A DNA stretch of 64,000 nucleotides from the NCBI GenBank assembly GCA_045113495.1, contig JBGUIZ010000003.1:18665-82664 (forward strand). The letters run 5' to 3'. Shown here piece after piece: positions 22,172 to 31,435 of this stretch. Both the position numbers and the translations under genes were made by a program. The notes beneath the pieces were generated by a model that saw only the letters and a list, made by a program, of their open reading frames with translations, was not told the DNA's origin and did no database searches. The DNA comes from Bacteroidaceae bacterium (GTDB taxonomy: Bacteria > Bacteroidota > Bacteroidia > Bacteroidales > Bacteroidaceae). How positions within the stretch are numbered: the first letter of the stretch is position 1; each line of letters opens with the position of its first letter.

Positions 22172-23437
22172 ATGAATAAACTGTCATTATCTGTTATTAT
22201 GTTTTCCGTTCTGGCTGTTTCCTGTCAGTCAGACTATGAGCCCGGCATAAAGGGCTATCGCAGTGTGGGAGACTGGGGTTACATGGTTGACTCCATCGAT
22301 ATCGTCGTACCTGACCGTGCTGCAGTCAAGAACCTTAAGGCAAGTGATTTTGAGCTTACCGGTAACACCTACGGAACTCCGTATGATCCCAATACCGGTG
22401 AATTCGCCCAGGATTATGCTGATGATGAGATATCGGTCTCAATAGACCGTAACAGGGTTCGTGTAAGGTTCCGCCCGTTCCGTGAGGAGGGCCGTCTGGG
22501 CCAGAATTTCCGTTCTGTTCCATGGGAACTCAAGTGTGAGAAGGCCGGTATCACCGTCACTGACAAGGATGTGACTGATTTTGCTACCGACATTATTGAC
22601 GATTGTATAACGGGCAGTTTCAGCTATGCCGGACTTACCCGTGAATATATGCTTTATCTCCCTAAGGATGAGAACGGCAATCCTTTGAAGAATGTGCCGC
22701 TGCTGGTTTGGCAGATAGGCGGAGGCGAATACAACAAGCCTCTTCTGGAGACTATCATAGCCAACCGCGGCCTGGTGGCACTGCCCCAGAAAGGCGTAAA
22801 GTGCGCTGTACTGGAGTTTGCACTGGCTAATGAGAACTACTCATACAGTGCTTCACTGTTCCCCGAGAAGATTAAGCTCATAGACCGTAACAACGCCTTG
22901 CAGATGGCGTTCATCGATACTTTGATTGAACAGGGACTGGTTGACGGCAGCAGACTGTTCTGTGCCGGTGCAAGCAGCGGCGGCGGCTGTACCATGCGTT
23001 TCATGATGCAGTTCGCAGACCGTTTCAAGGCTGCAATACCGTGCTGCGCAATGGATCCCATCGTTCCCATCCACATGACTACCGAGAAGTATGACGGACA
23101 GTTCACTGATGACGTGACCAAGGCTTTCCAGGGTGATGTATACCGCTGGAACGGCACTGAGATGGTGGCTTCAAAGATCAATCTGGATGCATTCCTGTCA
23201 ACTCCGCTCTATTTTGTGCATGCACAGGATGACCAGACCTGCAAGGTGATAAGTTCACACGTATACTTTGACGCCCGCAAGAGACTGGGCGCCAAGGATG
23301 ACAAGATAACCATCTACTCTGATGACTATATGAAGAAGTTCGGTGTAGGTGGCATGCTGAACCATTTTTCATGGGTAACACTGCTCGATGACTATTCGGA
23401 GGGCTCTGCCATGGACTGGCTTTTGAAACAATTCTGA
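22172..23437 (+). CDS. Alpha/beta-hydrolase-fold esterase/peptidase lipoprotein (family uncertain)
   Basis: The ORF track starts at TTG 22163; ATG 22172 gives MNKLSLSVIMFSVLAVSCQS (lipobox). Nucleophile-elbow-like CAGASSGGG in the C-terminal half. Confidence 0.6.
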   Translation: MNKLSLSVIMFSVLAVSCQSDYEPGIKGYRSVGDWGYMVDSIDIVVPDRAAVKNLKASDFELTGNTYGTPYDPNTGEFAQDYADDEISVSIDRNRVRVRFRPFREEGRLGQNFRSVPWELKCEKAGITVTDKDVTDFATDIIDDCITGSFSYAGLTREYMLYLPKDENGNPLKNVPLLVWQIGGGEYNKPLLETIIANRGLVALPQKGVKCAVLEFALANENYSYSASLFPEKIKLIDRNNALQMAFIDTLIEQGLVDGSRLFCAGASSGGGCTMRFMMQFADRFKAAIPCCAMDPIVPIHMTTEKYDGQFTDDVTKAFQGDVYRWNGTEMVASKINLDAFLSTPLYFVHAQDDQTCKVISSHVYFDARKRLGAKDDKITIYSDDYMKKFGVGGMLNHFSWVTLLDDYSEGSAMDWLLKQF

Positions 23438-23442
23438 TAAAA

Positions 23443-24114
23443 ATGATAAAACTCGCCATTCTGGCATCGGCCAACGGAACCAATGCACAGGCTATTATGG
23501 AGGCTGTGCGTGACGGACGTCTTGACGCCCGGGTTGAGGTTGTGCTTACAAACAAAGAGGATGCGGGCGTGATTGCCCGTGCCCGTAATTTTGGCATTCC
23601 GGTTGAGGTGGTTCCGTCAAAGGGCCACCGTAACCGTGCCGAGTATGATACCATCGTAGTTGATACCTTGAGAAAATATGAGGTTGATACAATTGCTCTT
23701 GCAGGTTGGATGCGTATTCTGAGTGATGTGTTCGTGAACGCATTCGAGGGTAGGATCCTTAATCTGCATCCGGCGTTGCTGCCCAGTTTCAAGGGGGCTA
23801 CGGCTATTGCCGATGCCTATGAGCATGGCGTGAGGATAACCGGGTGTTCAGTTCATCTGGTTACTCCGGAACTGGACGCCGGCCCGGTCATTATCCAGGC
23901 TGCTGTACCGGTGGTAAGTTCTGTGGATGATCTTGAGGCCAGGATTCACCGTATGGAGCATAGGATATTCCCGCAGGCCCTGCAGTGGTTCGCCGAGGGT
24001 CGTATCAGCACAGAGGGACACAAGATAGTTGTGACTCCCATATCGGGTCATGTTAAGAAGATTGATTACATAGAGGGTTGCCTGGTTTCACCGGCGCTCG
24101 AATTAAAAGACTGA
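23443..24114 (+). CDS. purN: Phosphoribosylglycinamide formyltransferase
   Basis: 223 aa with MIKLAILASANGTNAQAI and NLHPALLPSFKG. Confidence 0.9.
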   Translation: MIKLAILASANGTNAQAIMEAVRDGRLDARVEVVLTNKEDAGVIARARNFGIPVEVVPSKGHRNRAEYDTIVVDTLRKYEVDTIALAGWMRILSDVFVNAFEGRILNLHPALLPSFKGATAIADAYEHGVRITGCSVHLVTPELDAGPVIIQAAVPVVSSVDDLEARIHRMEHRIFPQALQWFAEGRISTEGHKIVVTPISGHVKKIDYIEGCLVSPALELKD

Positions 24115-24117
24115 GAT

Positions 24118-24831
24118 ATGAGTAGACAAGATGTTCCGTCGGCGCATATATCGGCACAATATGACGATATAGCCAGGACTGTGATAATGTGTGGTGACCC
24201 TTTGCGCGCCAAGTTCATTGCCGAGAAGTATCTGGATAATCCGGTGCTTTTCAATGAGGTTCGCAGCATGTTGGGATACACAGGTTTCTATAAAGGAAAG
24301 CGTGTCTCCGTGATGGGACACGGCATGGGTATTCCGTCAATAGGAATCTACTCATATGAACTCTTCAACTTCTATGATGTGGAGCGCATAATAAGGGTGG
24401 GTACAGCCGGAGCTCTGAGCAGCGACATGAAGATTGGCGACATGCTGTTTGCACAGGCTGCCTGCACTGACTCCGATTATGGGCATCAGTACGGTTTCCC
24501 CGCACGTTTTGCCCCTATTGCCGATTTTGAGTTGCTGGAGAGTGCGGTTCAGGTGGCACGCGAGCACGGTTTTGAGTTCCAGGTGGGCAATATCTACAGT
24601 GCCGATGTCTTTTATGACGAATCGGACGCACAGATGATATGGGGTAAGTTCGGTGTCAAGGCTGTGGAGATGGAGGCTGCAGGACTCTATATCAATGCTG
24701 CCGCTTCGGGTAAGAAGGCACTTACCATCTGTACCATATCTGACCAGCTGGTTCATCGTAAATATGCATCGACCGAGGAACGCCGTTCCAGCTTTACCAA
24801 TATGATGAGAGTAGCACTTGAAATAGCCTGA
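24118..24831 (+). CDS. deoD: Purine nucleoside phosphorylase, DeoD type
   Basis: 237 aa with GDPLRAKFIAEKYL, GHGMGIPSIGIYSYEL and EMEAAGLY. Confidence 0.92.
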   Translation: MSRQDVPSAHISAQYDDIARTVIMCGDPLRAKFIAEKYLDNPVLFNEVRSMLGYTGFYKGKRVSVMGHGMGIPSIGIYSYELFNFYDVERIIRVGTAGALSSDMKIGDMLFAQAACTDSDYGHQYGFPARFAPIADFELLESAVQVAREHGFEFQVGNIYSADVFYDESDAQMIWGKFGVKAVEMEAAGLYINAAASGKKALTICTISDQLVHRKYASTEERRSSFTNMMRVALEIA

Positions 24832-24833
24832 TA

Positions 24834-25265
24834 ATGAGAAAACTGTCCCGTCTTTTGACCTTGACGGCATGCCTGTTGTCGCTGTATGGATGCCAGAAAG
24901 AGGAGTTCGCCGAGGCTCCCGTATATGGCAAGATATACTGCAGTTCACCTCATCCCGAGGTGGGCGATACAGTCACGGTCCTTGTCGAGGTCCTGGATGC
25001 CGGGAACAGACTGAATAGTGCTGAGTACAGATGGAAGATCCGTAGTCCTTTCACTACGTACAACAAGACTGTAAAGACAATGAGAAAGGCAGGACAGAAA
25101 TCCATAACTGAGGTGCCGTCATTTGAGTGGGTATTCAGGGAAGACGGGAAACACAGGCTGGAGCTGACAGCCAAGTTCAGCTACTCCATGGGTGATGCCA
25201 ACTCGGTTATGAGAGGTTATTCGACTGCCCGGGGAGAGATAGAGGTTTATCCTAAATCCAATTGA
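24834..25265 (+). CDS. Small hypothetical lipoprotein
   Basis: 143 aa. Lipobox LSLYGCQ. No family recognised. Confidence 0.55.
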   Translation: MRKLSRLLTLTACLLSLYGCQKEEFAEAPVYGKIYCSSPHPEVGDTVTVLVEVLDAGNRLNSAEYRWKIRSPFTTYNKTVKTMRKAGQKSITEVPSFEWVFREDGKHRLELTAKFSYSMGDANSVMRGYSTARGEIEVYPKSN

Positions 25266-26099
25266 ATGAAAGGGATTCTGGCATCCATAGAGAGTGCGTT
25301 GGACAGACGTTACGCTTCATCGGAACTGGAATCCGTAAAGAAGGCGCTTTGTACCGAGTATCTGGGCATAAGCGCCTTGTCATATTATACAAAAGAGACT
25401 TTGCCGCCCGATACAGACCGGGACAGGCGTCTTGGCGAGGCTCTCTCCAGGCTCGCGGCCGGTGAGCCGTTACAGTATATTCTGGGACACACTCCGTTCT
25501 GCGGCCTTGATTTCAAGGTTGACAGCCGTGTGCTTATCCCGCGTCCCGAGACTGCCGAACTGGTGGAGTGGGTGGCTCATGACAGTGCCAAAGCCGGCTC
25601 TTTGCTTGATATCGGTACCGGAAGCGGATGCATAGCCGTTACGCTGGCGCATAAACTGCCCGGATGCAGGGTTCAGGCCTGGGATATAAGTGAAGGTGCG
25701 CTTGAGGTGGCCGCCGGGAACAGCCGTCTTAACGGCACGGATGTGGAGTTCCGCAAGGTGGACGTGCTTGCAGCCGGTGATGCAGATTGCCGTTTTGACG
25801 TGATTGTGAGTAATCCGCCGTATGTGATGGAGTCTGAGAAGGCTCAAATGGAGGATACGGTGCTTGAACATGAACCTCACACCGCTCTGTTTGTACAGGA
25901 TAATGACGCATTGGTCTTTTATCGGGCCATTGCCCGTCTGGGCCGGAGAATACTGAACTCCTGCGGTTCTTTATATTTTGAAATCAACCCGCTTAAGGCA
26001 GATGATATGAAAAAGATGCTCTCTGATGCGGGATACCATAATGTTGAACTGCGCAGTGACATTTACGGAAAACTGCGTATGATAAAAGCTATACTATGA
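25266..26099 (+). CDS. prmC: Release factor glutamine N5-methyltransferase
   Basis: 277 aa with PLQYILG, DIGTGSGCIA (SAM site) and VSNPPYV. Confidence 0.9.
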   Translation: MKGILASIESALDRRYASSELESVKKALCTEYLGISALSYYTKETLPPDTDRDRRLGEALSRLAAGEPLQYILGHTPFCGLDFKVDSRVLIPRPETAELVEWVAHDSAKAGSLLDIGTGSGCIAVTLAHKLPGCRVQAWDISEGALEVAAGNSRLNGTDVEFRKVDVLAAGDADCRFDVIVSNPPYVMESEKAQMEDTVLEHEPHTALFVQDNDALVFYRAIARLGRRILNSCGSLYFEINPLKADDMKKMLSDAGYHNVELRSDIYGKLRMIKAIL

Positions 26100-26557
26100 C
26101 AGAATCTGAAGGAAAGACACGGGCCGAGGCCTACTGCTCTGCCGCCGAGCACTGCAGGAGTGAGGTTAGGGCCATGTTGGAACGTCACGGCGCTGAACGG
26201 CCGGACATTGAACGTATCCTTGACTATCTGGTTAAGGAGGGTTTTATTGATGAGTCCCGATATGCACGGGCATTTGTTCATGACAAGGTGAGGTTTGCCA
26301 AGTGGGGCCGCGTCAAGATAGGGCAGGCTCTATGGCAGAAACGCATCCCGCAGGATGTGGTTGATGATGCTCTTTCATCTATTGATGAGGATGAGTATAT
26401 GACCGCTCTCAGGGATGTGGCTAAGGCAAGATACCGTTCTGCCAAAGGTGCCACCGAGTATGAGCGTAAGATTAAGACCATGAAATCAGTCTGTGGGCGC
26501 GGATATGAGCCGTCACTTGTCCGTAAAGTGATAGACCTGTCCGATCTCCCGGAATAA
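26096..26557 (+). CDS. recX: Regulatory protein RecX
   Basis: 153 aa. RecX-like helical repeats (YCSAAEHCRSEVRAMLERHG...ILDYLVKEGFIDESRYARAFVHDK). 4-nt overlap with prmC. Confidence 0.8.
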   Translation: MTESEGKTRAEAYCSAAEHCRSEVRAMLERHGAERPDIERILDYLVKEGFIDESRYARAFVHDKVRFAKWGRVKIGQALWQKRIPQDVVDDALSSIDEDEYMTALRDVAKARYRSAKGATEYERKIKTMKSVCGRGYEPSLVRKVIDLSDLPE

Positions 26558-26570
26558 ATCATCGGAACAT

Positions 26571-27299
26571 ATGGATAATCCTGTTTGCCGTGACGGACAA
26601 TTGAGTCGTCCCGGTCTTGTGAGAATTCTCTTTGAGTTCGTTTTCCCTCATTACTGTAAGGTGTGCGGCCGGCGTCTTGACCCCAGTGAGGAGGAACTCT
26701 GCATCACCTGTTTCCTGGGCATGCCGCGTCTGGAATATGACATGAATGCCATCAACCCTACTGAGCGTATGCTGCTTACTGAGCGCAGCCTGGTACGGGC
26801 GGCCTCTATACTACATTATAGTAAGGAGAGTGATTACCGCAACATACTGTTCCATCTCAAATACTGGCATCATCCCAGGGTGGGGCGGTGGCTTGCTGCA
26901 CTTGGTGCCTCTGAACTTATGGAGAAAGGGTTCTTTGAGGGTGTTGACTGCATCGTTCCCCTGCCTCTTACCCGATGGAAGGAGCTGCGGCGCGGATATA
27001 ACCAGTGTATGCATATTGCCAGGGGGGTGAGTAAAGTCACGGGATTGCCTATACTGGATGGCGCGGTCATTCGTAAGGTTAACAGCGGCAAGCAGGCTGG
27101 GCTGGGCAAGTATCAGCGGTGGCGCAATGCCGAGGGCCTTTTCCATGTGGCCGATGCTGCCGCGCTGCAAGGCCGGCACATCCTCATCATCGATGACGTA
27201 ATCACCACCGGAGCTACACTCTGCTCTATGATCGACACCATAGAATCAGCCGTCCCTGACATCAAAGTCTCCGTCTTTACTCTTGCGCTCGCAAATTAA
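26571..27299 (+). CDS. ComF-family phosphoribosyltransferase-domain protein
   Basis: 242 aa. N-terminal Cys4 finger (CKVCGRR...CITC) and PRTase motif ILIIDDVITTGATL. Confidence 0.85.
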   Translation: MDNPVCRDGQLSRPGLVRILFEFVFPHYCKVCGRRLDPSEEELCITCFLGMPRLEYDMNAINPTERMLLTERSLVRAASILHYSKESDYRNILFHLKYWHHPRVGRWLAALGASELMEKGFFEGVDCIVPLPLTRWKELRRGYNQCMHIARGVSKVTGLPILDGAVIRKVNSGKQAGLGKYQRWRNAEGLFHVADAAALQGRHILIIDDVITTGATLCSMIDTIESAVPDIKVSVFTLALAN

Positions 27300-27335
27300 C
27301 ACAAAGGGGACTGTCCCTATTGTGTGCTTTTTAGC

Positions 27336-27343
27336 TAACTTTG
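27336..27343 (+). promoter_or_regulatory. -7 box TAacTTTG upstream of queA
   Basis: Exact TAnnTTTG match 9 nt before ATG 27352. It lies within the N-terminal extension in the ORF track, which argues for the shorter start. Confidence 0.4.
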
Positions 27344-27351
27344 CGGTCCGA

Positions 27352-28596
27352 ATGGAGGAGAGCGTTAAACATATCAGGATTGCGGAGTTCAATTATGAGT
27401 TGCCCGATGAGCGGATCGCTAAGTTTCCTTTGGCTGAGAGGGACAGTTCCAAGCTGTTGCTTTACAGGCATGGGAAGGTTAGCCATGATGTTTTCCGGAA
27501 TTTGCCGGAGTATCTGCCCAAGGGGGCTTTGATGATCTTTAATAATACTAAGGTGATTCAGGCCCGGCTCCATTTTCGCAAGGAGGCTACGGGTGGTCCC
27601 AAGTCAACGGGTGCCCTGATTGAGATATTCTTGCTTGAACCGGCCGATCCTAATGACTATCAGGTTATGTTTACCCAGACGGAGCGTTGCAGCTGGTACT
27701 GTCTGGTGGGTAACCTTAAGCGTTGGAAGGATGATACTCCTGTGCTTCGCAATACCGTTCAGATAGGTGACCGTACCGTTACTCTTGAGGCCCGGCGTGG
27801 CCCTGTTCACGGCACCAGTTACCGCATTGACTTTAGCTGGGACGGAGGCGTGAGCTGGGCCGAGCTGCTTGAGGCTGTGGGCGAGATTCCCATTCCGCCA
27901 TATCTTAACCGTGAGTCACAGGAGAGTGACAAGACTACATACCAGACCGTATATTCCAAGATCAAGGGCAGCGTTGCAGCTCCTACTGCAGGACTGCACT
28001 TTACGGAGCGCGTGCTCAAGGATCTGGATGCACACGGCATTGACCGCGAGGAGCTGACTCTGCACGTAGGAGCAGGTACTTTCCGTCCCGTCAAGTCAGA
28101 GGAAATAAGCGGCCACGAGATGCATACCGAGTTCATTGCAGTAAAGCGCTCTACCATAGAGAAACTTATTGCACATGGAGGTGAGACCATAGCCGTGGGA
28201 ACCACATCGGTCCGCACCATTGAGAGCCTCTACTACATAGGCGTCTATCTGAGCACTCATCCCGATGCCACCGAGGAGGATATGCACGTAAACCAGTGGA
28301 CTCCCTACGACACCAACCCCACCATGACATCAGTTCAGGCGCTTCAATATATACTGGATTACCTGGACCGACATAACCTGGATGTGCTAAAAACCAGCAC
28401 CCAGATCATCATAGCGCCGGGTTACAAATATCACATAGTGAAAATGATGGTAACCAACTTCCACCAGCCCCAAAGCACCCTGCTCCTGCTGGTATCAGCC
28501 TTTGTGAACGGAGACTGGAAAACCATCTACCGCTACGCCCTTGACAACGGGTTCCGTTTCCTTAGCTACGGTGATTCTTCCCTGCTCATTCCCTGA
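27352..28596 (+). CDS. queA: S-adenosylmethionine:tRNA ribosyltransferase-isomerase
   Basis: 414 aa from ATG 27352, with IAEFNYELPDERIAKFPLAERDSSKLL, PIPPYL, GAGTFRPV, AVGTTSVRT and FHQPQSTLL. Confidence 0.92.
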   Translation: MEESVKHIRIAEFNYELPDERIAKFPLAERDSSKLLLYRHGKVSHDVFRNLPEYLPKGALMIFNNTKVIQARLHFRKEATGGPKSTGALIEIFLLEPADPNDYQVMFTQTERCSWYCLVGNLKRWKDDTPVLRNTVQIGDRTVTLEARRGPVHGTSYRIDFSWDGGVSWAELLEAVGEIPIPPYLNRESQESDKTTYQTVYSKIKGSVAAPTAGLHFTERVLKDLDAHGIDREELTLHVGAGTFRPVKSEEISGHEMHTEFIAVKRSTIEKLIAHGGETIAVGTTSVRTIESLYYIGVYLSTHPDATEEDMHVNQWTPYDTNPTMTSVQALQYILDYLDRHNLDVLKTSTQIIIAPGYKYHIVKMMVTNFHQPQSTLLLLVSAFVNGDWKTIYRYALDNGFRFLSYGDSSLLIP

Positions 28597-28692
28597 CACT
28601 TAGGTAAAACTGATATCGTTTTCTGGGGGGCGCTTGCTGTTTTAAAAATAAATAGTTATAATTGCAAAAATTATTAACTAACCTAAGTGTTT

Positions 28693-29715
28693 ATGAAAAA
28701 GGACTTCTTTAAAGTGTTGTTTATTGCAGCGGTCGCATTGCTGACAGTTTCATGTTCAAAGGATAAAGACAATGAGGTGACAATTGACCGTAAGGTCGCT
28801 GTTCTGCTTCCTGATAACTCCATTATTGAACGTTGGGGTATAGACAAGAGTAATCTTGAGAATGCAATGACCAGGTATGGTTTAGATGCCACTTTCTATA
28901 CCGCCCCGGAGACGGAAGCGGGTGCTGCACAGCAGGTTGATCAACTTAGAAAAGCAATTAATGACGGAATTAAATATATAGTACTGACCGCCATTGACTA
29001 CAAGAAGATAAACGAATCCAAACTTATTGAGGAGCATCCCGATGTAAAGGTGGTATGCCATGACAGGTTTGTGCTTGACAATCCCAATATCGCTTATATC
29101 TCATCGGCCGATACAAAGGCTGTAGGACATATACAGGCAATGTTCCTGATCACTTATTTCCGTGCTTCAGGAAAAGCTTCAATGACATTGGAAATACTTG
29201 AAGGCCCTGTGACCGATGTGAATGCCAAGGATTACTATGACGGCGCAATGGAACAGCTGAAACCATTGATTGAAAACGGACAACTGATAGTAATGAGCAA
29301 TAAGAAAGAGTATAATGAGGTCAAGACTAACAGCTGGACTGTAGCCGACGGCAAGAGTGCAATGCTGGACCGTCTTGAAGCCTATGAGCAGGGTGAGTGC
29401 CCGGACCTGATTCTGGCTGCTATCGACAATCAGGCTCAGGGTGTCATCGAAGCTCTGGCAGAAAAAGGTATCAATAAAACGCCGGTCATCACTGGTCAGG
29501 ACAATTCTACCATCGCTAAGCAAAATATTGAGAACGGTAAACAGACCATGACTGTTGACAAGAGCCTTGATGAGATGGCATTCAATACAGCGCTGATCAT
29601 CAACGGCCTCATACATAATGCTCCCGTTCAGACCATTGAGAGCGTAACCATAGGATCGGCAAAGATTCCGGTTCTGTACTCCAAGCTCATCACCAAGGTC
29701 AAGGAGAGCGAATGA
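28693..29715 (+). CDS. Periplasmic-binding-protein (type I, sugar-binding-like) lipoprotein, orphan
   Basis: ATG 28693 gives MKKDFFKVLFIAAVALLTVSCSKD (lipobox). The rest resembles ABC sugar-binding / LacI-type PBP folds (VAVLLPDN...IVLTAID...VVCHDRF...LILAAIDNQAQGVIEAL...VITGQDN). Confidence 0.65.
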   Translation: MKKDFFKVLFIAAVALLTVSCSKDKDNEVTIDRKVAVLLPDNSIIERWGIDKSNLENAMTRYGLDATFYTAPETEAGAAQQVDQLRKAINDGIKYIVLTAIDYKKINESKLIEEHPDVKVVCHDRFVLDNPNIAYISSADTKAVGHIQAMFLITYFRASGKASMTLEILEGPVTDVNAKDYYDGAMEQLKPLIENGQLIVMSNKKEYNEVKTNSWTVADGKSAMLDRLEAYEQGECPDLILAAIDNQAQGVIEALAEKGINKTPVITGQDNSTIAKQNIENGKQTMTVDKSLDEMAFNTALIINGLIHNAPVQTIESVTIGSAKIPVLYSKLITKVKESE

Positions 29716-29736
29716 GATTCTGCTGACATCTAAAAC

Positions 29737-29779
29737 AATAATGGAGCCATCCTTACAGGTAATGGCTCCATTATTTTAC
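29737..29779 (+). terminator. Intrinsic terminator after the PBP gene
   Basis: 14-bp perfect stem AATAATGGAGCCAT / ATGGCTCCATTATT followed by T-rich sequence. Confidence 0.75.
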
Positions 29780-29873
29780 TCCTCAAGGGTAATATCAAAG
29801 TGTTTTTTCATCTTTTTCCAAGTGTTCATTTCTTTCATTATAATTGCATTACGACGATAATATTTAATATGTT

Positions 29874-30740
29874 ATGAGAAAAGTCCTGATCTTCTTGTCT
29901 TGCTTTATATGGGTAATGGCTGCGTATGCCAATGACGGCGCTTTCTATGCAGAGGGAACCCATTTGATTCCAATCAGTGAAACCGACATCAGTGTTAAGA
30001 AGGAGGTCCTGACGCTGAACCGCGTTGGAGAAATAATACAGGTTACAGTCTATTATGAGTTTTTCAATCCCGAGGCGCAGAAAGAGGTGCTTATGGGATT
30101 TGAGGCCGCTCCTCCTTCGGTTGATTTCAATACGCAATCAGTAAAACAGTTCCCACAGCACCCGTATATGTATAACTTCAAGGTGGTGATGAACGGAGAG
30201 CCGATGTCGTATCAGGTTGCCCATGTATCTGAATATGATGAGAACTGGAATAAGATATCTGATCCTGAGTATTATGTGGATGGTGAGATAAAGAGTGCAT
30301 CCATCAAGGAGTTGTATTTGGAAGACTGGTTTGAAGATGGGGATCCCGAGGCAGTAGGACATCCGCTGTACGTATATCATTTCAAAGCTCAGTTCCGTCC
30401 CGGACTCAATATTATACAGCATAGTTATGACTTTGACATATCGGATCAACGGAATGGAAGTACATCAGAGTTCTTCTATATCCTGACCGCTGCCAACCGA
30501 TGGGCCAACAATCAGATTGACGACTTTACACTGTATGTCAATATGGGTGACTATACGTCATTCCATATAGCCCCCGGTTTTTTTAAAAGCCCTGATGAAT
30601 GGGAGATTCAGGGCATAGGCAAATCTGCGGTCGGTACTCTACCGTATCAGCTCAGGGTGGACAGCGTATTCTTCCACATGCAGCACGGCAATAAAGGTTG
30701 CATAAGGAAAACTTCCATCCGGAAGGGGAACTCTATATAA
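29874..30740 (+). CDS. DUF4424-like secreted protein (possibly the N-terminal part of a frameshifted gene)
   Basis: 288 aa. Signal peptide ending AYANDGAFYAEG. The last ~15 aa (KGCIRKTSIRKGNSI) look like out-of-frame read-through. Confidence 0.6.
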   Translation: MRKVLIFLSCFIWVMAAYANDGAFYAEGTHLIPISETDISVKKEVLTLNRVGEIIQVTVYYEFFNPEAQKEVLMGFEAAPPSVDFNTQSVKQFPQHPYMYNFKVVMNGEPMSYQVAHVSEYDENWNKISDPEYYVDGEIKSASIKELYLEDWFEDGDPEAVGHPLYVYHFKAQFRPGLNIIQHSYDFDISDQRNGSTSEFFYILTAANRWANNQIDDFTLYVNMGDYTSFHIAPGFFKSPDEWEIQGIGKSAVGTLPYQLRVDSVFFHMQHGNKGCIRKTSIRKGNSI

Positions 30741-30742
30741 GC

Positions 30743-31111
30743 ATGGACTACCCGTGGGATTATGGATACATATGTTCATTGGACCGTATCGACTCTTTCA
30801 ATGCTCAAGAATATGTGAATAAGTACAAGGAACAATACCTGGATATCAATTCGCGTTTTCTCATCAGAATGAAAGATACCTACGATTATAACAACCTCTT
30901 CACACAAGAACAGCGCCGTATTCTCAGGAACCTGCCCTTTGCCTACCGAGGATACATCTTCAAAAACAAGGAACTGCAAGACTTTTTCGAATCCACCGTC
31001 TGGTACATACCCAACCCCAACTACACCCCCAATATAGAAGCCCTGACTGAAGACGAACAATACTGGGTAAACTACTGGAACAAATCTGATATTCCAGCTC
31101 CTACCAAGTAA
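30743..31111 (+). CDS. YARHG-domain protein (or C-terminal part of the preceding gene; alternative in-frame TTG at 30698)
   Basis: NLPFAYRGYIFKNKELQDFFESTVWYIPNPNY matches the YARHG-domain pattern. No signal peptide of its own. Confidence 0.6.
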   Translation: MDYPWDYGYICSLDRIDSFNAQEYVNKYKEQYLDINSRFLIRMKDTYDYNNLFTQEQRRILRNLPFAYRGYIFKNKELQDFFESTVWYIPNPNYTPNIEALTEDEQYWVNYWNKSDIPAPTK

Positions 31112-31135
31112 TAACAAAAGCCTCCCTTTGCAGTA

Positions 31136-31326
31136 GCCGAACCTTCAGTCGGGGGACCATCGTGGAGAGGCGTAAGCGGAGAGCCCACGAAGGATCCCGT
31201 TAAGAACGGCGCATGTCTGAGGCACGTTAGGCCCCGTAGGGGACTATAAGGCCGAGTTCGACGTTTAGGGTCCGTAGGGGCTCGCAGTAGCCTCGGAGCG
31301 TTGTGTCCCCCGACTGAAGGTTCGGC
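31136..31326. repeat. 191-bp GC-rich element bounded by 22-bp perfect inverted repeats (MITE-like or structured RNA)
   Basis: GCCGAACCTTCAGTCGGGGGAC (31136-31157) is the exact reverse complement of 31305-31326. Internal hairpins are CGTGG...CCACG, CCGTT-AAG-AACGG and CCCC-GTA-GGGG. Confidence 0.7.
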
Positions 31327-31407
31327 GTTGTTACACAAAATTGGAAAGACTGTGCAATAGTATTCTTTTTGATAACGCAGGTGCAAAGGGAAGGGGTTGT
31401 AAAAAGG

Positions 31408-31415
31408 TATCTTTG
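31408..31415 (+). promoter_or_regulatory. -7 box TAtcTTTG upstream of the HAD-etf-acd operon
   Basis: Exact TAnnTTTG match 21 nt before ATG 31436. Confidence 0.45.
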
Positions 31416-31435
31416 CAACCATAAATGAGCTAATT

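Noticed and set aside
23178-24948. Minus-strand ORFs of 204 aa (23178..23792) and 198 aa (24352..24948) opposite purN, deoD and the esterase gene.
   Set aside because: They are antisense to well-supported genes. Their Arg/Ser/Pro-rich low-complexity translations mark them as shadow ORFs.
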